From: Eledone cirrhosa
Lineage: Eukaryota
Direction: 5' to 3'
Length of the DNA: 64,000 nt
Assembly (NCBI GenBank): GCA_964016885.1
Contig: OZ024755.1
Span: 23,312,001 to 23,376,000 of the forward strand
A program made the translations under genes and the position numbers. Below, in pieces: positions 1 to 17,369 of the stretch; within the stretch, counting starts at the first letter, position 1; every line of letters starts with the position of its first letter. The notes under the pieces were generated by a model. That model was not told the DNA's origin. It worked only from the letters and a program-made list of their open reading frames with translations, and made no database searches.

Positions 1-1825
1 CAAAAGTTATCATTGTTTGCTTTCGTTTACAGACTTTGTATGAGTCAGTGCTCTTTCCATTTTTGTGCTAACGACCAGTCCAATACCTCCAACAGCTGTT
101 TCAGTATTTTTCTTCTATGCACTTGATGTTATGAGTGTTCGTTTGTCTGGTTGTTCAATTTTTACAGGTTCTTCCGTAATTTTTACAGGTTCTTACGATT
201 TTGTGGTTTGTTGTACACAGAATGTCCAGCTTGCATTTGTTGAAGTTGTTTGCTAGCTCTAATCACCTCTTTTCGTCTTTTCTCGGTGTACGTCATTTGA
301 AAGTTCCCACTCGTCTGTAGGTCTTGCAATAGAGGAGTCTGAGTCGTTCAGTTTTGTGATCAGGCATTTCCCTTCTGTCAGGGCTTGAGGAAACATTGTT
401 ATTAGTCTCATTGTCAGTTATACTTGCTTGAATTCCAGGAATACGGCTTTCCGGGGCTTTAACAATGGTGCAGTTTTTCTTGTGAATTCATATTGCATTT
501 CTGTTGCACATGATTCTTGTAAGCCCATGGCGCTGCTCCAAGCGCAGTTCTCTCAGTATTCTACAGGCTCGAGTGAGTAAATTTTATCCATTTACTTGTG
601 TAGCTTCATCTGCATAACACCCATAATGGCCATTGCTGCAGTCAAGTTCTGTTTTGATACACCAATGTCTAAATCCTATATCCTACTACCGATGCATTCA
701 CCGTAACCCTGGCGAGTACTCTACCTTGCCAAAGAGCAGTCTGCGTTTTGTCTGGGACTGCTTATATGAGTATTCACAATTAATCTCTATATCCAAAGGC
801 CACTCCCTTAATCTCCGTAACCTGGAGCTCATATGATGGGAGTTATATTTTAACACCATAACTAAATAGTCATTATTACAAGAGAATGGTTTGGTCTGTA
901 CCTGTAACTCCTGAATATTTTTCATAGATTACCAAATAAAACTTTTGTTCTTTAGACTATTTGCAAATAAGGGATTTTAGCTGACTTTTGGACATCTGCC
1001 CGCAATACCTGTAATAATGCAGATGTTTTTTTTTGTTTTGTTTTTTTACATTTTGATGACATTTCCACTTATCTATCGGATAAAAATAAACGCCCCAGAC
1101 ATACACACTCACAAAGAAAATGATTTTAACAAAACAGGGCGCAAAATAGAAATAAAAGCAAATCGTAAAACGCAGCGAACATTTACAACAAATCGTATAA
1201 AAGATAATCAACTTTTGACGGAAAAGAAAATTGTTTTGAACGGTTTTAATAACAGTTTTAATAACACTTCAAATGATAGTATTAACAACAATAGTACTCA
1301 CATTGAGACAGATACGTTGACAAGTGAGGTTGGGAAAGACGTTGAAAATGGTAATAATGTTAATAGAGCTAGTTTGGCTTCTATTGTTACCCAAAGAGAA
1401 TTTTAGGAGATGGCTAGATTCTCGTATAAAAAAGTTGCCTGGGAAAATTGTGTTTAAACCATACAGTGTCTCTTTGTTCCATGAATTCCACAAGAAAATA
1501 AAGAAGTATCTATGCTTTAAAAAGAACGGCAAGTACTTACATATACCCCGAAATAGTTACAAGAAGAAGCCCTCTGCGAGACTGAGTATAGTATCAAGAA
1601 CCCAAGATAGAGAGCTCAGTTGAAAACGAACTGGAATAGTGAGGCACATATGCATCTAAAACTTTGTGCTCCAATATTTGGGGTAGTGAAATACAAGGCA
1701 GAGCTGTTCTGCTACAGAACGACACGGACACCAGCTATGTTGGTTAGTTGCGATAAAAGTGAGCTCCTGTCAGACAAATAAGCAACCCCGAACCAACAGC
1801 GGTAAACTACTAGGGAAGATGAAGC

Positions 1826-2150
1826 AATGGCGACTGTTAGCTCGCAAGAAAAACTCTCACAACCTAGTGGTGTAGCTACGACGAGGCGAGTAAACCCTAG
1901 TCTTCGCGGATCTGAGAAAAGTACAAAATTGGTGAGTGATGCGAATAAGACCACCAAAACACTGCAATAAGACGAGTAACAATAAAAGCATTCTTACTGC
2001 ATCGTATCAGCAAATAAAGTATTTTAGCGGGTAATCCACCGACTTCGTAATAAGAAATCCCTCTCCACGCCTGCTATCAGGAGCGCGTCTGTGGTTCTCC
2101 TCTCTTCAGAGAGGTGCATCCTCACGAGGTGGAGAGAATACATTGCCCAT
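1826..2150 (+). mobile_element. Short + strand fragment of the same RTE family (5' UTR-like piece joined to a linker piece)
   Basis: 1826-1970 resembles 48355-48515, which precedes an RTE endonuclease start. 2035-2150 translates IHRLRNKKSLSTPAIRSASVVLLSSERCILTRWREY and resembles the reverse complement of ~3190-3330. Confidence 0.55.
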
Positions 2151-3640
2151 ACTATCGGAACTGTGATCTCTCAATTTGGAGAAGTAGGGGCTCTACCTGG
2201 AGTAACTCTCTGGTCTCCGAGCTACACACTCTATCGAGTAACGTTACTCCAAAGACACTTCGGAGGAACCCTGTTTCGGCCGCTTATATTTTTTCGGTCA
2301 TTACCCAAGATACATGAACATATGTATGGCTTGGAACGAATACCGAATTGAAGACAGCGAGTTTGGCTTTTACGCCTACCTCCCTTCTTCTGATTACTGA
2401 ATGCTGAAGCTGGCGCATTACTGCAACAGCTCCTGCAATTCTTGCAATTAATTCAGCCTCCTGCCTTCCATCACTCGTGAACATGGCCCCGGGATATTTG
2501 AACTTCTCCACCTGCTTCAGTGGGACTCCAGTCACATGCAGAGTGCACTGCACAGTCTTCCTTGAAAGGAGGAGTGTCTCAGTTTTCACAGCACAGATTT
2601 TCATTCCAGCCATGCAGCACACGGCATCAAATCTATCAAATACAAGTCGGAGATTACCTTCTGTCGAGTTAAGTAACACCACGTCGTCTACAAATTCCAG
2701 CTGACTGATTTTACACCCACCAGTCATGATACCACTTCCAACATGACTGCGCATGTCAATCCTTTTCAGTAATAAACAGGAGAGGTGACCCTGCACACCC
2801 TTAACAGAGTTCGACTCCTACATTGAATGGTTTCGATTTAGCATCATTTATCCGAACACAAATACTCGGGCATTCGTATAGAGACATCAGGGCAGCAATG
2901 AGCTGACCACCGATCCAATACCCCTGCACAACTTTTCATAGACTTTACCGGGGAGGCTTAACAAGGAGATCCCTCTGTAATTGGAACAATCTCTCTTGTC
3001 TCCCTTTTTGAAAATTGGGATTATCACCCCCAATTGTCCTGGCGTAGGTGGCTTTCCGGAGATCCAAGCCAGCCGGCACACACAGGTCAGCCAGGGAACA
3101 TCTTTACTATTTAAAGCTTTTACCATCTCAAGCCGGATTTCATCTTCCCCAGTGGCCTGGTCACCGTTTCCAGGTGGACCTCGTGAACATCCGAGGTTGC
3201 AGTTGTGATCGGGATTAAGAGAACAGCAAAGTATTCTCTCCGCCTCGCAAGGATGGACCCAAGACGCGTTCTTGATAGCAGGTGTGAAGGGTGGGGTGGG
3301 GCGTCTTAATACGAAGTCGGTGGGTAGTCTGCAGAACACTCTATTTGCTGTTCTAAAGTCGAATACCAGCTTAACCCCAGAGTCTTCCCATGTCTTATTT
3401 TTTGACGCCTTTACTGATTCTGTTGCGGTGCTTCATGCCTGCTTGTACCGCATGTGCAAGAAAGAGGAGGGTTTATTTCCAAGCAAAGCTGTAAGGCCTC
3501 CATTTTTGCTCGGATGGCATCTTTGACCTCTTGATTGAACCAAGGGATCCTCCGGCCATCCCCCGCGACACCGGGTATCTTTCGCCCGCACCATTTGACA
3601 GCTCAAGTAGAAACTGCTGAGCTGAACGATCTCCACTCTG
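2150..3640 (-). mobile_element. Degenerate RTE-clade (Rex3/Expander-like) non-LTR retrotransposon: linker plus reverse transcriptase, frameshifted and internally deleted
   Basis: Minus-strand ORFs 2887-3339 (GEDEIRLEMVKAL...VIIPIFKKGDKRDCSNYRGISLLSLPGKVY) and 2284-2796 (LEFVDDVVLL...VEKFKYPG...KAKLAVFNSVFVP..TY....WVMTEK) are typical RTE RT segments. The sequence towards 3640 resembles the endonuclease-RT linker. The coding sequence is broken by frameshifts. Confidence 0.85.
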
Positions 3641-3649
3641 TCTCTCTCT

Positions 3650-3659
3650 CTCTATATAT

Positions 3660-3732
<73 letters not shown>

Positions 3733-3744
3733 TGTATATATATG

Positions 3745-3780
<36 letters not shown>

Positions 3781-3930
3781 CATGTATATATATGTATATA
3801 TATATATATACATGTATATATATATATATACATGTATATATATGTATATATATATATATACATGTATATATATATATATACATGTATATATATGTATATA
3901 TATATATATATATGTATATATATACATATG

Positions 3931-3963
<33 letters not shown>

Positions 3964-3964
3964 G

Positions 3965-3996
<32 letters not shown>

Positions 3997-4010
3997 CATG
4001 TATATATATG

Positions 4011-4097
<87 letters not shown>

Positions 4098-4172
4098 GCA
4101 TGTATATGTATATATATGTATATATATATGCATGTATATGTATATATATGTATATATATATGCATGTATATG

Positions 4173-4213
<41 letters not shown>

Positions 4214-4250
4214 GTATATATATATGCATATATATATATATATGTATATA
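3650..4250. repeat. (TA)n/(TATG)n microsatellite
   Basis: Directly visible TA runs interrupted by TG or CATG. Confidence 0.97.
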
Positions 4251-4487
4251 TATTAAAAAAATAATGAATAAAACAATGAAACAGTTCCTTATATTAAACA
4301 AAAAAAGTTCATTATTTAACGATCGTTTCTAGGATATACATGTGTTAGAATTGGCATGCATATTCATTGTTGAATATGCATGCCAATTCTAACACATGTA
4401 TATCCTAGAAACGATCGTTAAATAATGAACTTTTTTTGTTTAATATAAGGAACTGTTTCATTGTTTTATTCATTATTTTTTTAATAT
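4250..4487. repeat. Perfect inverted repeat: 117-bp arms (4250-4366 and 4371-4487) with a 4-nt loop (TTGT)
   Basis: Base-by-base reverse complementarity read around ...GCATATTCA-TTGT-TGAATATGC... Confidence 0.95.
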
Positions 4488-4624
4488 TTTATCTTGACTC
4501 TGTATTCCGTTTATCTTTCACCGAAAGTGATTTTCATTGCATCTCTTCTTTCCATGATATCCGGATTACATTGAGTTCTTCATACGGATTGGACACTACC
4601 GTAAACTCTTGGTAGATTTATCTA

Positions 4625-5202
4625 CATATATATGTATATATATATGCATGTATATATGTATATATATATGCATATATATATATATATGTATAGAAATATG
4701 TATATATATATGTGTATATATATGTATAGATATATGTATATATATATGTGTATATATATGTATATATATGTATATATATATGTATATATATATGTATATA
4801 TATGTATATATATATATATACATATATATGTATATGTATATATATATATATGTATATTTATATATATATGTATATATATATGTATATATATATGTATATA
4901 TGTATATGTATATTTATATATATATGTATATATATATGTATATTTATATATATATGTATATATATATGTATATATATATGTATATATATATGTATATATA
5001 TATGTATATGTATATATATATGTATGTATATATGTATATATATATGTATGTATATATATATATGTATATATATATGTATATATATATATGTATATATATA
5101 TATGTATATATATATGTATATATATATGTATATATATATGTATATATATATATGTATATATATATGTATATATATATGTATATATATATGTATATATATA
5201 TG

Positions 5203-5253
<51 letters not shown>

Positions 5254-5254
5254 G

Positions 5255-5293
<39 letters not shown>

Positions 5294-5295
5294 GT
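4625..5295. repeat. (TA)n/(TATG)n microsatellite
   Basis: Directly visible. Confidence 0.97.
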
Positions 5296-5394
5296 ATATA
5301 GACATAGAATATTCGAAAATATTCTGTATGTTTATAATAAACATTTTGAAGACCTAATCGCTATAGAATAGAATACGTCACGTATTACAATTAG

Positions 5395-5483
5395 ATTCTC
5401 GATAAAAGCAAGGGAAGTAATCTACGCGTTTCATTCTTGTTAGAAATCATCAGGACTACATATCCAGTGCTTTTATCGAGAAT
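5395..5483 (-). ncRNA. Type I hammerhead ribozyme, copy 1 (core 5417-5459; predicted cleavage GUA^ between 5423 and 5422)
   Basis: The minus strand reads GUAGUC-CUGAUGA-U(UUCU AACA AGAA)U-GAAA-CGCG-UA-GAUUAC. This gives stem I GUAGUC/GAUUAC, the CUGAUGA and GAAA boxes, a 4-bp stem II and a palindromic ACGCGU stem III. Stem I extends via a 16-bp helix (AUUCUCGAUAAAAGCA/UGCUUUUAUCGAGAAU) after an internal loop. Confidence 0.88.
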
Positions 5484-5704
5484 GACACAGCTAGAGACTT
5501 ATAGAATACTTAGCTGTGTACAGGAACTGGTTTGAAAGAGCGGTTGCCGGTCCGGCAGAAATTAGAAATTGGAATAAATGCTCTGAAATAGCGATATATA
5601 TGTGAATATAGACATAGAATATTCGAAAATATTCTGTATGTTTATAATAAACATTTTGAAGACCTAATCGCTATAGAATAGAATACGTCACGTATTACAA
5701 TTAG

Positions 5705-5793
5705 ATTCTCGATAAAAGCAAGGGAAGTAATCTACGCGTTTCATTCTTGTTAGAAATCATCAGGACTACATATCCAGTGCTTTTATCGAGAAT
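5705..5793 (-). ncRNA. Type I hammerhead ribozyme, copy 2 (core 5727-5769)
   Basis: Identical to copy 1, offset by 310 bp. Confidence 0.88.
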
Positions 5794-6014
5794 GACACAG
5801 CTAGAGACTTATAGAATACTTAGCTGTGTACAGGAACTGGTTTGAAAGAGCGGTTGCCGGTCCGGCAGAAATTAGAAATTGGAATAAATGCTCTGAAATA
5901 GCGATATATATGTGAATATAGACATAGAATATTCGAAAATATTCTGTATGTTTATAATAAACATTTTGAAGACCTAATCGCTATAGAATAGAATACGTCA
6001 CGTATTACAATTAG

Positions 6015-6103
6015 ATTCTCGATAAAAGCAAGGGAAGTAATCTACGCGTTTCATTCTTGTTAGAAATCATCAGGACTACATATCCAGTGCTTTTATCGAG
6101 AAT
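6015..6103 (-). ncRNA. Type I hammerhead ribozyme, copy 3 (core 6037-6079)
   Basis: Identical to copy 1, offset by 620 bp. Confidence 0.88.
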
Positions 6104-6274
6104 GACACAGCTAGAGACTTATAGAATACTTAGCTGTGTACAGGAACTGGTTTGAAAGAGCGGTTGCCGGTCCGGCAGAAATTAGAAATTGGAATAAATG
6201 CTCTGAAATAGCGATATATATGTGAATATAGACATAGAATATTCGAAAATATTCTGTATGTTTATAATAAACAT

Positions 6275-11820
<5,546 letters not shown>

Positions 11821-11821
11821 T

Positions 11822-12044
11822 GTGAAGGCGTGTGGCGGAGTGGTTAGAGAATTGGATTCGCAATCGTATGGTTGTGAGTTCAATTCCTGGACCAGGCGAT
11901 GCGTTATGTCCTTGAGCAAGACACTTTATTTCACGTTGTTCCTTGGACTGGAGTTGCGACCGATAGATAGTATAAGCAATTGGAAAGACCAACGGAAACA
12001 CTGTTCCCTCGTTCCGATTTGACGAAAGTCGATTGTTCCTTTTT

Positions 12045-12045
<1 letters not shown>
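11822..12045 (+). mobile_element. tRNA-derived CORE-SINE (Arg-like head; resembles octopus OR-type SINEs)
   Basis: Pol III A box TGGCGGAGTGG (11833-11843), B box GAGTTCAATTCC (11876-11887), TCG in the anticodon-like loop, then the CORE-like TGTCCTTGAGCAAGACACTTTATTTCAC. Related copies lie at ~31430, ~42441 and ~61410 (+), and ~22100, ~26130, ~27550 and ~61000 (-). Confidence 0.8.
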
Positions 12046-12541
<496 letters not shown>

Positions 12542-14141
12542 GCTTGTGTCTTGAAGGCGTGTCAACACCAACTTGCATCTCCTCTTGCCAATCTGCGGCG
12601 GAACTCACTGGATGCTGGATATGTGCCAGAAAACCTTCTATCCCAGTCTGTTGTCCCAGTTTTCAAAAAGGAAACAAATCCCTTGCCGTGAATTACCGTC
12701 CAATCTCACTCACCTCTCATATCATTAAGGTATTTGAGAGAGTGGTGAGATCGCGAATGACCCACTTGCTTGAGAGTAACAATATGCTGAACTCCAACCA
12801 GCATAGATTCCGTAATGGAAGGGATTGCCTGACGCAGCTACTGCATCACTTTGATGACATTTTGAGAGCCTTGGGAGAGGGTTCCAACACTGATGTTATC
12901 TACCTTGATTTCAGCAAGGCCTTTGACAGGGTTGATCATAACATTCTACTGAGAAAACTGTCCAATATTGGTGTCACTGGAAAGCTGCTGCAGTGGATCA
13001 AGAGCTTCCTGTCAAACAGAACCCAACATGTTGTAGTTGAAGGAGTCAAATCCAGCCCAGCCAAAGTCAGTAGTGGGGTCCCACAAGGCACTGTGTTGGG
13101 CCCACTTCTCTTCATTATCTATATTAATGACATCACTGACATCATCAAACACAGCAACATTAAAATTTTCGCTGATGATTCCAAGCTCCAAAAGGTCATC
13201 AATGGCGTGGATGGCCGGATAAGCCTTCAGTCAGACCTACTGGCTGTTACCCAATGGGCGGAAAAGAACAACATGTTACTGAACGAAGACAAATTCGAAC
13301 TGATCCACTTTGGAAAAGAGGATGCTCTGAAACTCCCGTACTCCCTTCCCTCCGAGGAAACTCTCGTGGCATCTAACAACATCAGAGACTTGGGAGTAAC
13401 CGTGGACAGCAACATAAGCTGGGCCACGCATATAAGCAGCAAAGTTGACATGGCCCGCAGAATGTGTTCCTGGATCCTCAGAACCTTCCAGTCGAGAGAT
13501 TCCCACACCATTATCCTTCTCTTCTCTACTTTTGCCCGACCACACCTTGAATACTGTTGTCCACTGTGGTCTCCCCACACGAAACAAAGTATTATGAAAC
13601 TTGAAGCTCCTCAAAGGGCAATCACGAAAAAGATAGATGGCATGTCAGACCTTGACTACTGGGGTCGACTAGAAAAGCTGAAACTTTACTCACTCCAACG
13701 TCGCCGTGAGCGTTATATTATCTGCATGATGTGGAAAATGTTCCATCATCACTGCCCAAATGATGTTGGCGTCGCCTTCAAGATACACCCAAGGCTTGGG
13801 CCCCGTGCTATCCGTCCCATACAAAAATCTAAATCGCAACTCATAACAACAATACAGTACAATTATTTCACCTCAATCGGCCCTGCTCTCTTCAACATCA
13901 CACCAGGACACGTCAAAAATGAAAATGACCACACAAAATTCAAGAAGTCTTTGGACAAATTCCTCCAAGTAATCCCGGACAAACCACCCACACCCGGATA
14001 TGTCTCCGCAAACAGTAATTCTCTTCTCGAATGGGCCATGGTGCCCAAATCCTGAATTGAAAGACTTCGCCAGGTGGTGCTATTAAGTTAGACATGGCCT
14101 GGGCTAATACTGGCCAAAACATTTCAAAGTTATTCAAAGTT
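12542..14141 (+). mobile_element. 5'-truncated CR1-group LINE with a nearly intact RT ORF (stop at 14055) and a short 3' UTR ending in TTCAAAG repeats
   Basis: RT motifs [61 protein letters not shown] and [10 protein letters not shown]. There is one frameshift in an A-run near 12665-12670 (VVPVFKK/GNKS). Flanked by (TA)n on both sides. Confidence 0.92.
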
Positions 14142-14370
14142 ATATATATGTATGTATATATATATATGTATGTATATATATGTATATGTATGTATATATA
14201 TATATGTATATATATATATATGTATAATATATATGTATATATATGTATTTATATATATGTATATATGTATATATATGTATATATGTATATATATGTATAT
14301 ATATATATATGTATATATATGTATATACATATATGTATATATATATATATGTATATACATATATATATAT
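14142..14370. repeat. (TA)n/(TATG)n spacer between the two LINE copies
   Basis: Directly visible. Confidence 0.95.
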
Positions 14371-14892
14371 AAACTTTGAACTTTGAACTTTGAAATGTTT
14401 TGGCCAGTATTGGCCCAGGCCATGTCTAACTTAATAGCACCACCTGGCGAAGTCTTTCAATTCAGGATTTGGGCACCATGGCCCATTCGAGAAGAGAATT
14501 ACTGTTTGCGGAGACATATCCGGGTGTGGGTGGTTTGTCCGGGATTACTTGGAGGAATTTGTCCAAAGACTTCTTGAATCTTGTGTGGTCAGTTTCTGTT
14601 TTGACGTGTCCTGGTGTGATGTTGAAGAGAGCAGGGCCGATTGAGGTGAAATAATTGTGCCGTATTGTTGTTATGAGTTGCGATTTAGATTTTTGAATGG
14701 GACGGATAGCACGGGGCCCAAGCCTTGGGTGTATCTTGAAGGCGATGCCAACATCATTTGGGCAGTGATGATGGAACATTTTCCACATCATGCAGATAAT
14801 ATAACGCTCACGGCGACGTTGGAGTGAGTAAAGTTTCAGGTTTTCCAATCGACCCCAGTAGTCAAGGTCTGACATGCCATCTATCTTTTTCG
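14371..14892 (-). mobile_element. Second, shorter copy (3' ~520 bp) of the same CR1-group LINE, inverted and tail-to-tail with the first
   Basis: Reverse complement of ~13625-14141. ORF 14462-14875 ([25 protein letters not shown]...MVPKS) has a few substitutions relative to copy 1. The tail is (TTCAAAG)3. Confidence 0.92.
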
Positions 14893-14903
14893 ATATATCT
14901 TTG

Positions 14904-14934
<31 letters not shown>

Positions 14935-15703
14935 GTATATATATATAAGTATATATATATATAAGTATATATATATATGTATATATATATGTATATATAT
15001 ATATGTATATATATATATGTATATATATATGTATATATATATATGTATATATATGTATATATATATATGTATATATATATATATGTATATATATGTATAT
15101 ATATATATATGTATATATATGTATATATATGTATATATATATATGTATATATATGTATATATATATATATGTATATATATATATGTATATATATATGTAT
15201 ATATATATATATGTATATATATATGTATATATATATATATATGTATATATATGTATATATATATATATGTATATATATGTATATATATATATATGTATAT
15301 ATATGTATATATATATATGTATATATATGTATATATATATATGTATATATATGTATATATATATATATGTATATATATGTATATATATATATGTATATAT
15401 ATGTATATATATATATATGTATATATATATGTATATATATATATATGTATATATATATGTATATATATATATGTATATATATATATGTATATATATATAT
15501 GTATATATGTATATATATGTGTATATATATATATGTATATATATGTATATGTATATATGTATATATATGTATATATATGTATATATATATATATGTATAT
15601 ATATGTATATATATATATGTATATATATGTATATATATATATGTATATATATGTATATATATGTATATATATGTATATATATATATGTATATGTATATAT
15701 ATG

Positions 15704-15773
<70 letters not shown>

Positions 15774-15861
15774 TGTATATATATGTATGTATATATATGT
15801 ATATATATATGTATATATATATATGTTTATATATGTATATATATGTATATGTATATATATG

Positions 15862-15912
<51 letters not shown>

Positions 15913-16029
15913 GTATATATATGTATATGTATATATATGTATATATATATATATGTATATATATGTATATATATATATATGTATATATATGTATATATAT
16001 GTATATATATATATATGTGTATATATATG

Positions 16030-16062
<33 letters not shown>

Positions 16063-16239
16063 GTATATATATATGTTTATGTATATATATGTATATATAT
16101 ATATATGTATATGTATATATATGTATATATATATATATGTATATGTATATATATGTATATATATATATATATGTATATGTATATATATGTGTATATATAT
16201 GTATATATATATATGTATATGTATATATATATATATGTG

Positions 16240-16270
<31 letters not shown>

Positions 16271-16415
16271 GTGTATATATATATATATGTGTATATATAT
16301 ATATATGTATATATATGTATATATATATGTATATATATGTATATATATATATGTATATATATGTATATATATATGTATATATATGTATATATATGTATAT
16401 ATATGTATATATATG

Positions 16416-16446
<31 letters not shown>

Positions 16447-16663
16447 GTATATATATATATATGTATATATATATGTATATATATATGTATATATATGTAT
16501 ATATACGTATATATATATATATATGTATATATATGTATATATATATATATGTATATATATGTATATATATATATATGTATATATATGTATTTGTATATAT
16601 ATGTATTTGTATATATATGTATTTATATATATATGTATTTATATATATACGTATATATATATG

Positions 16664-16698
<35 letters not shown>

Positions 16699-16995
16699 GT
16701 ATATATATGTATATATATATATATATGTATATATATGTATTTATATATATATGTATTTATATATATACGTATATATATATATGTATATATATATATGTAT
16801 ATATATGTATTTATATATATATGTATTTATATATATACGTATATATATATGTATATATATATATATGTATATATATGTATTTATATATATATGTATTTAT
16901 ATATATACATATGTATATATATATATATGTATATATATGTATTTATATATATATGTATTTATATATATATATATATAAGTATATATATATGTACA
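14893..16995. repeat. ~2.1-kb (TA)n/(TATG)n microsatellite
   Basis: Directly visible. Confidence 0.97.
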
Positions 16996-17331
16996 TACAT
17001 ACATCATATGTGTGTGAGTGTTATAAAATAAGAATTATAAATTACAAATAGTATTTCTAAACGTGAACATAATATGAAGGAGTTCTCTATTGTTAGAAAT
17101 TAGAAAGCTTATCCCTGTAAATTAGAGTTATTCCCCTTTAACCGGTGTCGCCCGAATTATCTGAAAAAAAATAACAATACTCGTTAATACACAATTAAGA
17201 TATTTAATAAGTTTTTTTCACGTATTTACTTTGAAATGATATTACCCCTAGTATTTTATACTTATATCTATATTTTCTAAATTAATTCTATCGGTTTTTT
17301 TAGCATTCTTCCTCAGCACATGCGTCGCACC

Positions 17332-17337
17332 CACGTG
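17332..17337. promoter_or_regulatory. E-box CACGTG just upstream of the DDX51 start codon (candidate Myc/Max site)
   Basis: Canonical CACGTG in a short CpG-containing patch about 33 nt before the ATG. Ribosome-biogenesis genes are classic Myc targets; function here is inference only. Confidence 0.35.
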
Positions 17338-17369
17338 CTCAGTGTAAAATTTCATTACTGGCACCCATT

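Larger units (their letters stand above)
5296..6274 (-). mobile_element. Tandem array of 310-bp hammerhead-containing units (non-LTR retrozyme-like): 3 identical copies plus a partial copy
   Basis: The unit GACATAGAAT...TGTGAATATA starts at 5301, 5611 and 5921, with a partial copy at 6231-6274. The copies read as identical, each has a hammerhead core on the - strand, and the array is embedded in (TA)n with no meaningful ORF. Confidence 0.85.

Noticed and set aside
1-1700. Short ORFs, possibly decayed LINE endonuclease (- strand, ~300-925) or ORF1 (+ strand, 1017-1623) remnants
   Set aside because: Too degenerate to assign by eye; needs a translated search against repeat-protein libraries.
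5301-6274. CRISPR array or simple satellite interpretation of the 310-bp repeat
   Set aside because: No repeat-spacer alternation, no cas genes and a eukaryotic context; the hammerhead core explains it better.
11826-11897. Functional tRNA-Arg gene
   Set aside because: Imperfect cloverleaf that continues into a CORE domain and has many diverged copies, so it is a SINE head.
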